Shown: positions 1 to 11,510, counted from the first letter of the stretch. The stretch: DNA of 64,000 bases from Massalongia carnosa (GCA_965645245.1 OZ287077.1:992001-1056000); one strand, 5' to 3'. Notes: a model not told the origin generated them from the letters alone. Numbers and translations: made by a program.

Positions 1-61
1 AAGCTCTACACTCATTCGCCAATCATAACGCCATGTGAATGCCTTCAAATGCGTTTGAATG

Positions 62-836
62 CTATATTGACTTCGCCTCTACAATCTCTGCTTTCATCTC
101 GGGCACATCATTTACCCTTGTCCTCCCATCAAACTTGATCAGATTCTGCTTGTATGGATGCGCAGCCCCTTCAAACACTAGTCACCATATGTTAGCTACG
201 TTTTCAGCGCAGACCATTTTCGTTCCCATCTCCTAAGGAATGCTCCTTCTCCTCCCCCGGGCCCCCCCTCCCTCCTCGGCTCACCTAGAATCATCAACCG
301 CCTCTCCAATTGCCCCTTTAGAAAGAAACCGCCCTCTCACCTTTTAACCTCTCCAACATTGGAGCCCTCAACCGATTCTTCGGCAACATGCCTCTAACCG
401 CCCTCTTCAGCACCTCCCCCCCCCCCCACTTGCTCATCAACGCTCCCATGTTGGCGCTCTTCAGCGCCCCGGGCCTGGTCGTCTGCTTGTAGTACAGCTT
501 CTGCTGCATCTTGCGGCCCGTGACGAGCAGATCGGTGCACCCGGTAGCCACGACGTAGTCGCCGCAGTCAGTGGATGGGTCCCAGATGGGCTTGTGCTTC
601 CCCATAAGGAGGACCGCGATGCGGGACGCGACACGACCGAGCGGGGGGGACGAAAGGGAGGAAAGGGAGACGTGGTGCCAGGTTCGGGAGTAGGCTAGGC
701 GGGTCTGTTTGAGGAAAGGAAGTTAAAACTTCGGAGGGAGAGAGGGGACGGGTATAAAGGGAATCGAATAAGTTTTAGGGAAAGGCAGGAGGAGGGGAGG
801 GATTAGTTCTCTTACTCGGCCTATGTTTTGCGACAT
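62..836 (-). CDS. MRPL23: Mitochondrial ribosomal protein uL13m (3 coding exons: 836-816, 704-341, 177-62)
   Basis: Spliced translation MSQNIGR|TRLAYSRTWHHV...GKHKPIWDPSTDCGDYVV...AVRGMLPKNRLR...ERLK|VFEGAAHPYKQN; uL13 family motifs; GT/AG boundaries keep the frame; TAG stop at 62-64. Confidence 0.93.
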
Positions 837-1145
837 CTTTGGGTGGGGGGATTCTTCGGTTGAGTTACTTATAGCTGCATTGGCGGAGGGTGGAGATAGG
901 GTGCGTAATGATTGCTCGGTTCAGGATTCGAAGATATCTGAGAGAAGAGTACCTAAATCCCGTTGAATCTAGTACACGCCGTACTAGAGCTCTTAATGAT
1001 GATGCGCAGGCGCACGGGCAAGGAAGAAAATACATACCAGTCCTCGGGTCGGAGAAACCTTAGTTACCCCCAAACCATGTTCGTCCTCCCCGCCAAATTA
1101 CTTTTTTTTAAAGATTTACCCCCGCCCTTCTCCCCCTTCTCTGCT

Positions 1146-2364
1146 ATGAGCGTGCTGCTCCTCAAACGAGCCACCTACGCCACCAGCATTGCCAGTATAT
1201 CCACTGCCATTATCTACCACCAACTCTCGCCGAAGACGTCCACGCCGGAGACCGCGGGAGGAATGATTCTACCCACCTACCAAGCCACCTTTTCCGTTCC
1301 CCTATCCTGCGGTTCCTGCGTCAGTGATATCTCCACCGCGCTATCGGCTCTGCCCGGTATATATACCTTTCTCATCCCCCCCCCCCCCAAAACCCGGGCA
1401 TGGCACTCCTACAACATTCACTTTTAAAACTAGATGATGGATTTGTGAACATAACGGTCTTAGTCTATGGTTATGAGCAAGAATCTTTGCTTTAATATTA
1501 ACTAACCCCCTCCTTTCCAAAATTTATAGGCGTCCATTCAACCTCCTTCTCCATCCCCTCCCAAATTGTCACCACCACAGGCACTGCAGCCCCCTCATCA
1601 ATAATAACTGCCATCCAATCTACCGGCCGCCCTGCCATTGTCCGCGGCTCCGGCGCTCCAAACTGTATTTTCCCATCTCCTTCCCTTTCCCTCCACAACA
1701 ACCCAAAAACCCTATTCATTTTCCCCTGTCCACCTCCCTCTTCTAAAATGCCCAAATAAAGTCCCTCGCTAAGTTCTTAAAAATTTTAGCCGCAGCTGTA
1801 ACAATCCTTGAACAATCACCCTCCCCCAACCTCAACGCTAATTCCTCGTCCTCGCCCTCGTCCTCATCCCCAATCCACGGCCTCATCCGCCTCATCCAAC
1901 TCTCTCCTAACCGCTCCCTCATCGACGTTTCCCTCTCCCAGCTCCCGCCCGGCACATACGCCGCCACGCTGCGGCAGAGCGGCGACATCTCGCGCGGGGC
2001 AGCGAGCATGGGAGGCCTGTTCCAAGGGGAGCGAGGAGTGCTGGTGGAGAGGGTGGTGGTTGATAGGGAGGGGGTGGGGAAAGCGGTGGGGGAGGTGGGG
2101 TGGGGTGTTGCGGAAATGATAGGGAGAGGGATTGTTGTGAGGAAGGTTAAGGGAAGGGGAGAGGAGGAGGAGGATAGAGATGGGAGAATGGAAGGCCGAC
2201 GAAAGAAACCGGATGAGGCAGAGGGAGAAAACCAAGACGCAGCAGTGATAGGAGTCGTAGCGCGCAGTGCGGGCGTATGGGAGAACTCCAAGGTGGTATG
2301 TGCGTGCAGCGGGAAAACGGTTTGGGAAGAGAGGGAAGAAATGGTTAGCAAGGGCATCTTTTGA
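1146..2364 (+). CDS. CCS1: Copper chaperone for Cu/Zn SOD (exons 1146-1356, 1530-1664, 1790-2364)
   Basis: HMA-like domain with LSCGSC, GRPAIVRGSG linker, SOD-like domain (IGRGIVV...GVVARSAGVWENSKVVCACSGKTVWEER) with C-terminal CxC; introns restore the frame. Second in-frame ATG at 1263. Confidence 0.92.
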
Positions 2365-3094
2365 CTCTTATGTTACTTTAATTTCATGATATGTATGTAC
2401 CTGGCGTGCCGTGGCACCTACTTTGTGTCCTCAAATACTCTGTATGTTATGTTAGGTCTTAGGTTACTCCATATAGTATACTCTCCTAACTGCACACACA
2501 CATTCTCATCCTCACCAACTCGAGTTTACTCCGAATTACACAAGGATAATTTATTCAAAAATGTGCTTGATTGAACTCTGAATGAACCATGTAATCTTCA
2601 GTCATTTCAATCTCGTTTGGTAAAAAGGACAATTACAAAATAGTACGGAGATATTTTGTGTGGGAAATTTTTTTTTTTAACTCACCCGCGTAATATGTGT
2701 GCAGGTACAAATGGAAGTTTGTTGATCTCTTATGTGACGATTATTCCGAATAATCGCGCTAAGTGAAGATGAGTCTCGTTCTGTCAAATCTAGCCATCAA
2801 AACCATGTCAAAATTGACAAATATAAGGTCAAACAAACATCTTTCTCATTATAAAAACAGATGGTTATTACAAAAGACAATGGAGAAGACTTGAAAATCT
2901 AGTTGAACTACTCGCAGCAGCTCTAGCGAACAGTTTTTAGTGTTATAATTTCTGTTTGAACTCACTGAGTTCTGACATTGATAGATGAAAGATGTATTAT
3001 TGGGCTGTAGGTGTATTTTCATCTGCGAATGATTGTAAATTATCGCCTCCAATAGATATAATATATTAATAATTAGACCCCTTCAATAGCAATA

Positions 3095-3234
3095 GATCGC
3101 TTAGCTCAGCTGGTTAGAGCGTGGTGCTAATAGATATGACATCTGTCAACGCCAGTAAGTTTATCTTCTACATGACGCACATGGTACTAGCTAAAACTTT
3201 AAAGAGGTCGCGAGTTCGATCCTCGTAGTGATCA
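3095..3234 (+). tRNA. tRNA-Ile(AAT) interrupted by a canonical tRNA intron (~3133-3148) and a spliceosomal-type intron (3155-3204)
   Basis: Mature sequence GATCGCT-TA-GCTC-AGCTGGTTA-GAGC-G-TGGTG-CTAATAA-CGCCA-AGGTC-GCGAG-TTCGATC-CTCGT-AGTGATC-A; all four stems pair; A and B boxes intact; oligo-T run follows at ~3245-3256. Confidence 0.9.
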
Positions 3235-3244
3235 CCACCAAAAA

Positions 3245-3256
3245 TTTTTTCTTTTT
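3245..3256 (+). terminator. RNA polymerase III oligo-T terminator of the tRNA gene
   Basis: TTTTTTCTTTTT about 10 nt downstream of the discriminator base. Confidence 0.7.
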
Positions 3257-5244
3257 GTATGTACATCCCATTCAAACGCTTTCGAGAAAAGATGGTGACG
3301 TTTGTTATCTTACTACTATCCAAAGTTCCTCAGCGGCTTCAATACCCGTGCATGACATTCTGATCTATTCCTTGATTTCTTGCGGCTCTCTTCGACTCCC
3401 TTCCCTTAGGTGACTGCAGTAAATGTCAATTATTGGTTTGAGACATATGTAACACGCGTATCTATACATGTGAGCCAGCCATCGCTTCGTCATGAAAATT
3501 ACCGATCAGTACCGTTAGGTCGATCTCACATTTCAGGCGCTAAAAATCAGAAGTCATCGTAAAACGGCTGTCGAGACCATCACGAATTGGACGCGTTCTC
3601 ATCTGCACACAAAGTATCCGTATCCCTCAAATACATACGGAGTACATACTGGATGCTTGTTTGCACCGTTACTGGGTACCATCGAATGCTCTCTGTATGT
3701 AACAGTTAGAAGACCTTGCCTAGTTATACTATTTATTAGCACTTCAGAGAAACTTCAGCTCTCATAATTCCGTTCATTTTACCTTTGCCTTAGTGAGCAG
3801 AGTTTTGGCTGTAATAGCAGAGGCTACTCACCTTGGCTTGGTGGATACACCGCCAGCATACTGATTTCCGGAAGTGATGAGTTCGTACAATTGATAGGTG
3901 GTTAATACTGTGCCTCTTGTGATATACTGGTATCCGAGCCACCGCAAAAAAAATATCAGCGGAATACTTCTCGGTGTCAGTCCTTGCCAGCGTTTCTTAG
4001 CTTCCTCACCTCACGAGAAGCTCGCCGTACATCTATCAGGCGCGCTAACCCAGAAAGACCGAGTGTGATGGATTTCCTGAGTACCTCGCCCACCCTTAGG
4101 CCCTCAGAATGAACTTCTGAAAAGGTTGTCCTTCGTCAGTAAACCCAAATTTAAAGAAAAAGAAAGCGTTTCCGTGGAACTCGCAAACTCAGGAGACGCT
4201 TAAAATATCTGTAGCATCATGTTCAGATCGCTAATATATGTTTCTCCCAGTCCTTTCCGTCTCCGCTTTCGGGGCGTGCACTGTGTTCACGACCTCCGTA
4301 CCCTATAATTTGGCTCCAACAACGTACCTATCGCGCCAGGCGAGTACTTATATCTACCAAATGAATGCCTGGGCACCAACGGGATTTTAGGCTGCTGATC
4401 TCTTGGACGTTCCCTATGACTCTCCCACCCCCATCAAGATTGCCGGTTATCAGCACACAGCTTTCAAGTCCCCTCAGGAATCGCATCTCGCCGACACAAA
4501 TCTCTTGGGAGCTAACTTCGTCAATGCGTCCCCGCGTGCGTTTATGACCTAACTTTAGGGATAAGAGCGTAATGTTGCTTTTTGGGATGGACTGGGGATT
4601 TCCTCGGCGGGGGGAATGATTGAGCTTGCTTAATTGGGCAAATTGTGAAACTTTGACTTGGTGGAATTGGAAAGCTTCTGCTCGCTAGCTCTATGGGCAA
4701 CGGATCCTTCCCTTATTATTGCTGCAGCTTTATCACGGCACAAACTACATTCTAGTCCTGGCCATAAAGTACTCTATACTAGATCTTTCGAACCGCGATT
4801 TTTTGCGGACCATGCTATTGTGAAGCCCGAAAGCTGTACGCCTCCATTGGTGTTGTTGTGAGCGTTAAACACGATACGGAAAGTTAAGGCAGCGAGTTAT
4901 CCTACCCTAGAGTAAGTCACCCTCTACATAATCAATCCCGCTCTCGTCCGAGTCTCACCGAACGAACCCTATTGAAATTCTGCACAGGACCGAAAGAAGT
5001 ACGAGAAAGAAGGGGACGTAAAATCACGCCCAGTCCAAAGTCATCAATTCCCCCCCCGCACCTAGAAGCGCTGCATTTGTATCATTTCTCCATCAGCCTA
5101 TCTATCCCACATGAAAGATCACCCTATAGCTCTTCAGCTCCGGATTTGTCTTCGAGAAAAAAGCCTCCACTTTACTTAAAGGTTACAGAATATTTCAAGT
5201 TCTCGGATATCAATAAGGCCCCTTGAGATTTTCGTGCAGAGGGC

Positions 5245-7358
5245 TTAGACGACTTCCTGAATCCAAATCTGTAATAACGGTACGGAGTTAGCAGGTAGCC
5301 CGTTTTCTTTGGATAAAATTGCAGAGGTGCGGATTCGGATCCCTCGGGATTAGCTTTGAAACGTAGGATGAAAATGTGAAGAAGTGAAAGAACCATCCTT
5401 TAAAAAAGCCGAAAAAATCCACGAAAAGAGAACAGAAAAAGATAAATCATAGCTAACCTCCATCTTGCCCATCTCTCCACCCTCACTCCTCACCTCCTTC
5501 CACACACTCTGCACCGCCATCTCCCAGTCATCACGATCCCCCATCGTGATCAGATCTCCTTCATCCCTGACTTTAAGCTTGAAACGTGTGCGAATTCCAA
5601 ATTTCTCTCGAACCCGATCAACAAAATCCTCGAATGGTACTTGAGGCGTAACCATAATATATCTTGTATCGTCTCCTGAATGCACTTTGACCCGAATATT
5701 TTTTGGCTCGGGAGCGCGCCGCGATCGCGAGGCACCCCTGCTCCGACTGCGGGTGCGGACAGATGACGCTGGTGGGGGATGACGTGAGAGGCTGCCACTG
5801 GCGTTGTTAAGGATTTCAAAGTCAGAGAGGGATGATGTGTTAGAAGGTGGGTCGGCATCCTCGCCGTTCTCGGATATATTCTCTGAAATATTTTGAGGTC
5901 GCTGGCGGCTTCTAGAGCGATGCCGTGTTCTTGACGGCCGGCCGGCGTGTGGAACTGAAGGCTTTTGCTGTTGCTGATAACCATCGGAAGCGCGGTCAGG
6001 GTGGCGGTTGTTGGGGCCTTGGTACATATCATAGAGTTCCTCGGGGTACTCGTCGATATCGGCTTCCTTGCTATGGCGGGATGGGGTTGTTTCCATAAAT
6101 AGACGGCCTCGACTGGAATGAGGTTCTCGTTGAGATCGCGGCGAGCTGTAGGTTCTGTTGGGGCCTCGAGGCTCTGACGCTGTCCGGATTGTGCCGAGCC
6201 GGGGAAGATCTTTGTTCAAAGAAGGTTTAGAAAGATCGAGCTGTTCGGGGCGAGATGCATGGTTGCGGACGGAGTTGGCACGGGTTGTCATTGCTGGACG
6301 GATGATTGTTGCTGCAGGAGGATTCGGTGGCGGGGAGGTACTTTGGGGGACGAATGCTGGCCTGATCTGATCGTGATCTGGTGGGGGCGTAGGAGGGAAC
6401 ATGTTACGATTAACTGGGGGTTCGGACTGCTGTCGTGATCTGCTTTGTAACCCCGGTTTCACAAGATTCGAGGCAGCAAATGAGATACTATCAAGCGGTC
6501 GATCGTCTTTGCTAGTATCAGCTGCTACCGTCACATTCCTTTTAGCCTCGGAGCCGGCGAAGCCAGTGAAAGTGTTTCCTTGATCAGCAGCAGCTATCAA
6601 TCTTGCTTTCCCCAGATAGTCCTTGGTCTTCAGGTTCTTGACTTTCGCACTGTTTGGCCGATACACCACCCCGACCGGTATAGAGAAGACCGTATATCCC
6701 TGAAAAATATTAGTATATTGGAGGACGATCTTAGACGAAGTACCCACCTCAGCCTCCTCTTTGATGGCTTCATCTATAACATCGTGGTCTGGAGTAACCT
6801 TCTCCTTCGCTGCGTAATTCAGATCTGCCAATCCAGTTTGTATTTGACTCATATAAATATACGACAACCCGCGATTGAATAAGACTTCACATGAAAATAA
6901 CTTGAACTTGAGCCCCAACTGCTCGTAATCGATAAAGGTATTCCCTCTCAAGAACTTCAACGTGTCGTTAAAATTTACTAAAGCTTCCTCGAAATCACTA
7001 ACGAGAAAGTTCGAAACCCCCTGCTGGAAGTATGCAACGGCGAGGTAGTGGTCTAGTCGCACAGCTCGCTGGTAGCATTCAACCTATTGACTAATAAGTA
7101 TCTAACTCCTTTATGTTTTTATCCTGGAGACACCCACAGCTTTGTCATGTTCACCCAATGTCGCATGGATCACCCCACAGTTAAACAATATCTTCGATGT
7201 GTCTGAGATGCCGTCAAACGTCTTGAGCGACTCTTCAAATTCATTGTTATCATAATGTCCAAGGGCTTGCACCCAGGTCTCGATTTCCTAAATTCAAGGT
7301 TCGTCAGTGAGAGCATTCGTCGGAGCAACATTTCACAACATACCTGCTTCAAAGACAT
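5245..7358 (-). CDS. noxR: NADPH oxidase regulator NoxR (p67phox-like; TPR N-terminus, PB1 C-terminus), multi-exon
   Basis: MSLKQ|EIETWVQAL..., LAVAYFQQGVSNFL, LRGNTFIDYEQLGLKFKLFSCEVLFNRGL, GYTVFSIPVGVVYRP, PB1 region IRVKVHSGDDTRY...DEGDLITMGDRDDWE; last exon IWIQEVV* at 5268-5245. Confidence 0.95.
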
Positions 7359-8262
7359 CGTTACTATTCGAGAGCTTCAGTAGCGGCAATTGGCAGATCC
7401 GCACTCATGCGGAGATATCAACCTTGGCTGTATCTGCGCGATGCCAGTTCGCAGCACTCTCGGAAGATGCTTCCAAGATGAGTTTTCGCTTGATGATTCA
7501 AGTCTGGCGATGCGCAAAGATTCGTACAGAACGATTTGAAACTCCAGCGTGTGCTTGGGAGGTTAAAATTATACCAGGTCTGCAGTTGGCAAGCGAGCCA
7601 GCGTCAATGCCCAAGGTTCGATGTAGTTAATATGAATCTGGTAAGATCGAATCGAAGGAATTAACCGCAAAGTTAGACCTGGAAATATGAATGAAAGCAA
7701 ATGGACAGTCGTCTACCTGAGGCGGGAAAATGAACGGAACGACACGAAAGCCAGCGCGTAGAGAGGAATTGGGAAATTTCTCGAGTGACGCCGAACTAAT
7801 GTAGTGTGAGCGATGCTGCATGAACCAAGGCGCGAAAAGAGGGAGGAATTTCAAGCTCGCCTAAGAAAGAAGTTTGGAGGCACATGGCGTTACAGAAAGG
7901 CAAAGGTAAGGCAAAGCAAACGGCGCAAGAAATAGCTGGATTGCCCCTGCATTTCCAAACTCAAGCTTTTTCTCCTGGAGAAGTGGAAGTGGGAAATGGC
8001 AGAGAGGATGTGTCACCCACCCGCATTCTCGCCGATTGGCTGATGACTTCATCCGAATCCGAATCCTGGCGCTTAGGGCTCGGTTTAAAAAAAAGCGGTT
8101 GGATTTTATTTTCTATGGTGTTGGTTCGCAAGCCATCTACCCCCAATGTTCATACAAAGTACGGAGTACTTGTTCTAATCTTTCAATCATGGAAAGCCGA
8201 ACAAAAGAGCATGTTGAACTCTGGGCTATGCAGAGCACGGAGAAAGGTACTCTGTACTAGTA

Positions 8263-9488
8263 CAGTCAGATCGGGTTATAAGAAACTGCTGATTAAGAAA
8301 TCTCGGCTAGTAAGAAACCCGGACGAAAAGACCGGTTTTTTTCTGGTGAGGGATAAGAAACCTCGCTGTATTAGAAAGTTTCTTAACTTTCTCTAAAAAA
8401 TTTGCGGTGGTTTCTTATAGTAAATATGACTTCTCCTTCGACTTCTTTGAGATATAATAGTCAAAATCCGGAGACTCCATCTCGAAATCCTCGAAAACGT
8501 CCTACATCCCCGCTTTCTCTCAGAGAGAGAAGCAGAAAAAAGGTAATACGGGTACAGCTATTATCATACGATCAGGAAGATATCTACAACGTGGATGAAA
8601 CTGCGTTATTTTGGAAGGCTACAACCAGCACTACATTGGCTACGGAACAGCTCCCAGGCGGCAAGGTGGAAAAAGCGAGAATTACTGCAAATTTCTGTTG
8701 CAATGCTACTGGAACTCACAAGCTTCTCATATGATTCATTGGGACGGCCAAAAATCCGCGTGCTTTTGGTTCACAGGATGTTCACGCTTGTAACCTGCAT
8801 ATGATATGACGCAGTAACAGCAGAGCTTGGATGTCGGGCGATATATTTCGGGAATATTTACGCTGGTTTAATGACAACGTAAGTCGTAAGGTTGACTGAA
8901 ATCTCGTGTAATCGGGGCAAAATATGGGCCAATGACTCGAGAAGAGGCAGAGAAATATGGCTATCTCAATGAGACTCGGGCGCAAGAGCAAGAAACGGAG
9001 CAACGACTACAGATGCAAGCTACAATACGGCGTTTGGAAGACCGTGGTCATATACAAAGCGCCATGCGTATTGGCGAATTTCTGAACCCTGTTGAAGAGG
9101 TGGTAGAGGATACCGAAGAGGATTTGGAGGATCACATCGTTGCTATATATGATGGCCATGAAAGGGAATACGAGACGGAGGAGGAGGTCATTGTATCACG
9201 TGTCCAAAACAAGGACGCTCTACGAGCTCTTGAAACGTTACGGTTATATGAGGAGCAACGAGAGGTCGGTGACGATGATTTGATACGTCGTCTGAATCGT
9301 AAAGAGTGGGATATCAAGACCTCAATGGCGATAAGCTCTAGGCAAGCTGTAATGACGGATTTCTTTGTCATTAGATAGTCGATAGGTATAGTCTTGAAAA
9401 TATGCCAAGAATTTTGATATTAGAAACCTCGCCTAATAAGAAACCTAGATGCTACGATTTTGGAGTTTCTTATAACCCGATCTGACTG
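8263..9488 (+). mobile_element. Internally deleted pogo/Tc1-mariner DNA transposon (non-autonomous)
   Basis: Perfect 25-bp TIRs CAGTCAGATCGGGTTATAAGAAACT (8263-8287 and 9464-9488) flanked by TA on both sides; subterminal TAAGAAAC-like repeats; pogo DDE fragment DIYNVDETALFWK...RITANFCCNATGTHKL with in-frame stops at 8732 and 8807; no HTH region and the middle of the DDE domain is missing. Confidence 0.93.
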
Positions 9489-9633
9489 TACCTGGTATGT
9501 AAACCGAGCATGTTTTGTAAACCCAGGCTGAGAAGCTTTGGCAATGCTTGAAACAGTCCTTGCAGCAAGATCAAGTGCATGAACTACAAAGCATGGAAAT
9601 CCCTTTGTCATCACGTCAGATCCGTATAGAGAT

Positions 9634-11510
9634 TAGGCCTGGGACGGCTAATGTAGCGCTACTATCGCCTCGCGATATGTAGCGGATATATATCGCTAGG
9701 TTTGAGAATAAAAATCATTCCTATAAATAGATTATACCTATTTCGAGGAATCTTTACGGCCCGTCGAAGTACCCTACTATTCATGTAGATATAAGTGGCC
9801 TGATTGCCCCTTTCCATCTCCATACTCGTCCTGAACTTATCAATGATGTAGTTCATAGCGGAAAAAGAACGTTCACTTGGCACCGAGTTGGCAGGTGTTG
9901 AAAAGATACGATAAGCAAATTGACCTAGCAAAGGTGAAATTGACTTGCAATGCTGCCAAAACAGCTTGGGACGTTGCACCAGAGGGAGACTCCAAATGTC
10001 GCAAGGGTTTTGTCGATTGAATTTCCCCTGTTTCTCTCGAAATTGAAAGAAGTCTTCTATAATTTCCACCCAAGCTTCATCATTACAGTATATGTATTTT
10101 CGCAGGAAAGAAAATACTTTGACCTGGATCTCCGCTGCAAGAGGCTCATCAACATTGGACGGATCAAGAAAAAAAGCCACAGAATGAATGTCGGTTGTTT
10201 GTTGCTGATAGAGATCGTCCCATATACCACCGGGTCTGCATACTTCCTCCAAGCTAGGGAAAGGATTGCCGGGTCGATCCTTCAAGCGTGTGAGTGCTCC
10301 TTTAATGTCAAACCATCGTTTGATTACATGACCCAAGTGTGATCCGTCTGACTCAGATGATTTTTGGGCTTCATGGATGGAACGCAAGATTTCCTCCAGA
10401 TCACTGATAGCTTGCCAAAACAAATTATCAAATAGCCAATAGGAGATGTCCTTTTTACTGAACATAAGAGAAGCACGAGTGTCCGCTGCATAAGCTCTCA
10501 ATGCATCCTTAGATCGAAGCAAGGATTTAAAGAGGCCATATTGCGTTCCCCATCGTGTAATAACCGAAATAATTAAAGCCATGATCTTTCCATTGTACAA
10601 AGACTGCTGGTGCTCTCGAAGAATACCCAATTACAATCTGCTATGAGCAAATCCAGCAACAATAATTTGCGCATTTTTTATCAATTTTGCATAGTGTGGT
10701 AATTCAAGAATCCGTTTAATCAAGAGTTGAATTCCATGAGAGTCGCAAAGTACAAAGAACACATAAGAAAATCGTGGGTCTTGTTCCATCAAGTGATGCA
10801 TGGCTCTCATGACTGCACAAGTATCAGTAGCTAAACTATTGAAGCGACTGAGATCAATATTGCAAGCCTCGATAATTTCCGGAATAATAAGAGAAGTCAA
10901 GAAGGACGCTGTTTGATTTTGTCTTTTGAAAGTTCCGTAAGAAGAATGCACCTTGCTGAGGAGTATTTACTGATAGATTTGCTATGCGACGACGTGCTTT
11001 ATCATCGGACTCATCACAGACAAAATTGAGGAACTGAACATCTCCTAGAAGCTCTTTGACATCTGACGATACCTGATTATAAATTTGAGGAAGCAGTTCC
11101 TCAGCAACACGATGGCGATTAGGAACTTTATATGCTGTGTTCAATGCACGAATGACTTCCCACATATCAGGCTTGATCCATTTATCAAGAGTACTGAATG
11201 GGAGTCCTCCAGCCAAGATTGCCATGCCTGCCAGCTTGTCCAACCTCTGTTGCTCGATCGGTCCACACTTATGAACGTTTGCGCTGATATCCGTAGTCTT
11301 GTTTTTTCTTGCTAAAGACTCCCTATACGGAAGACATTTCTCGAGATGGTTTGTCATTCTATTTGCTTGCTCAACGAGGGAATGGCCGCAGTCTATTTAG
11401 TCCATAGTACTCATCTCTATTAGGCCTGGGAAAGTAGCGCTAGATATTTCAACCTAGCGATATATATCATTTAGCGCTATTTATCGCTATATATCTTCTG
11501 TATAATATTA
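9634..11510 (-). mobile_element. Decayed hAT DNA transposon with rearranged 5' end
   Basis: Transposase remnants on the minus strand: partial BED finger (CGHSL...HLEKC), VCDES, LATDTCAVM, LCDSHGIQLL, TRWGTQY, dimerisation motif FSTPANSVPSERSFS; stop at 10631-10633 and frameshift near 10925; TAGGCCTGGGA termini at 9634 and 11421, each next to an 8-bp TSD-like sequence; TAGCGCTA/ATATATCGCTA subterminal repeats. Confidence 0.9.

Noticed and set aside
1430..1480. Box C/D snoRNA in CCS1 intron 1
   Set aside because: Both C (ATGATGG) and D (ATGA) boxes are imperfect, and the apparent rRNA complementarity is interrupted.
1743..2357. Long antisense or alternative-frame ORFs (also 52579-53361, 55280-56071, 55893-56597, 58803-59387)
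   Set aside because: Shadows of real genes in GC-skewed, stop-poor sequence; low-complexity translations.
3700..4990. Telomerase RNA, SRP RNA or RNase P/MRP candidate (CTAACCC near 4045, A-rich tract near 4153, Sm-like ATTTTTTG at 4798, GGCTGTAATAGC at 3806)
   Set aside because: No 1.5-repeat template, no assembled pseudoknot or conserved-region set and no suitable terminator; isolated short motifs are expected by chance.
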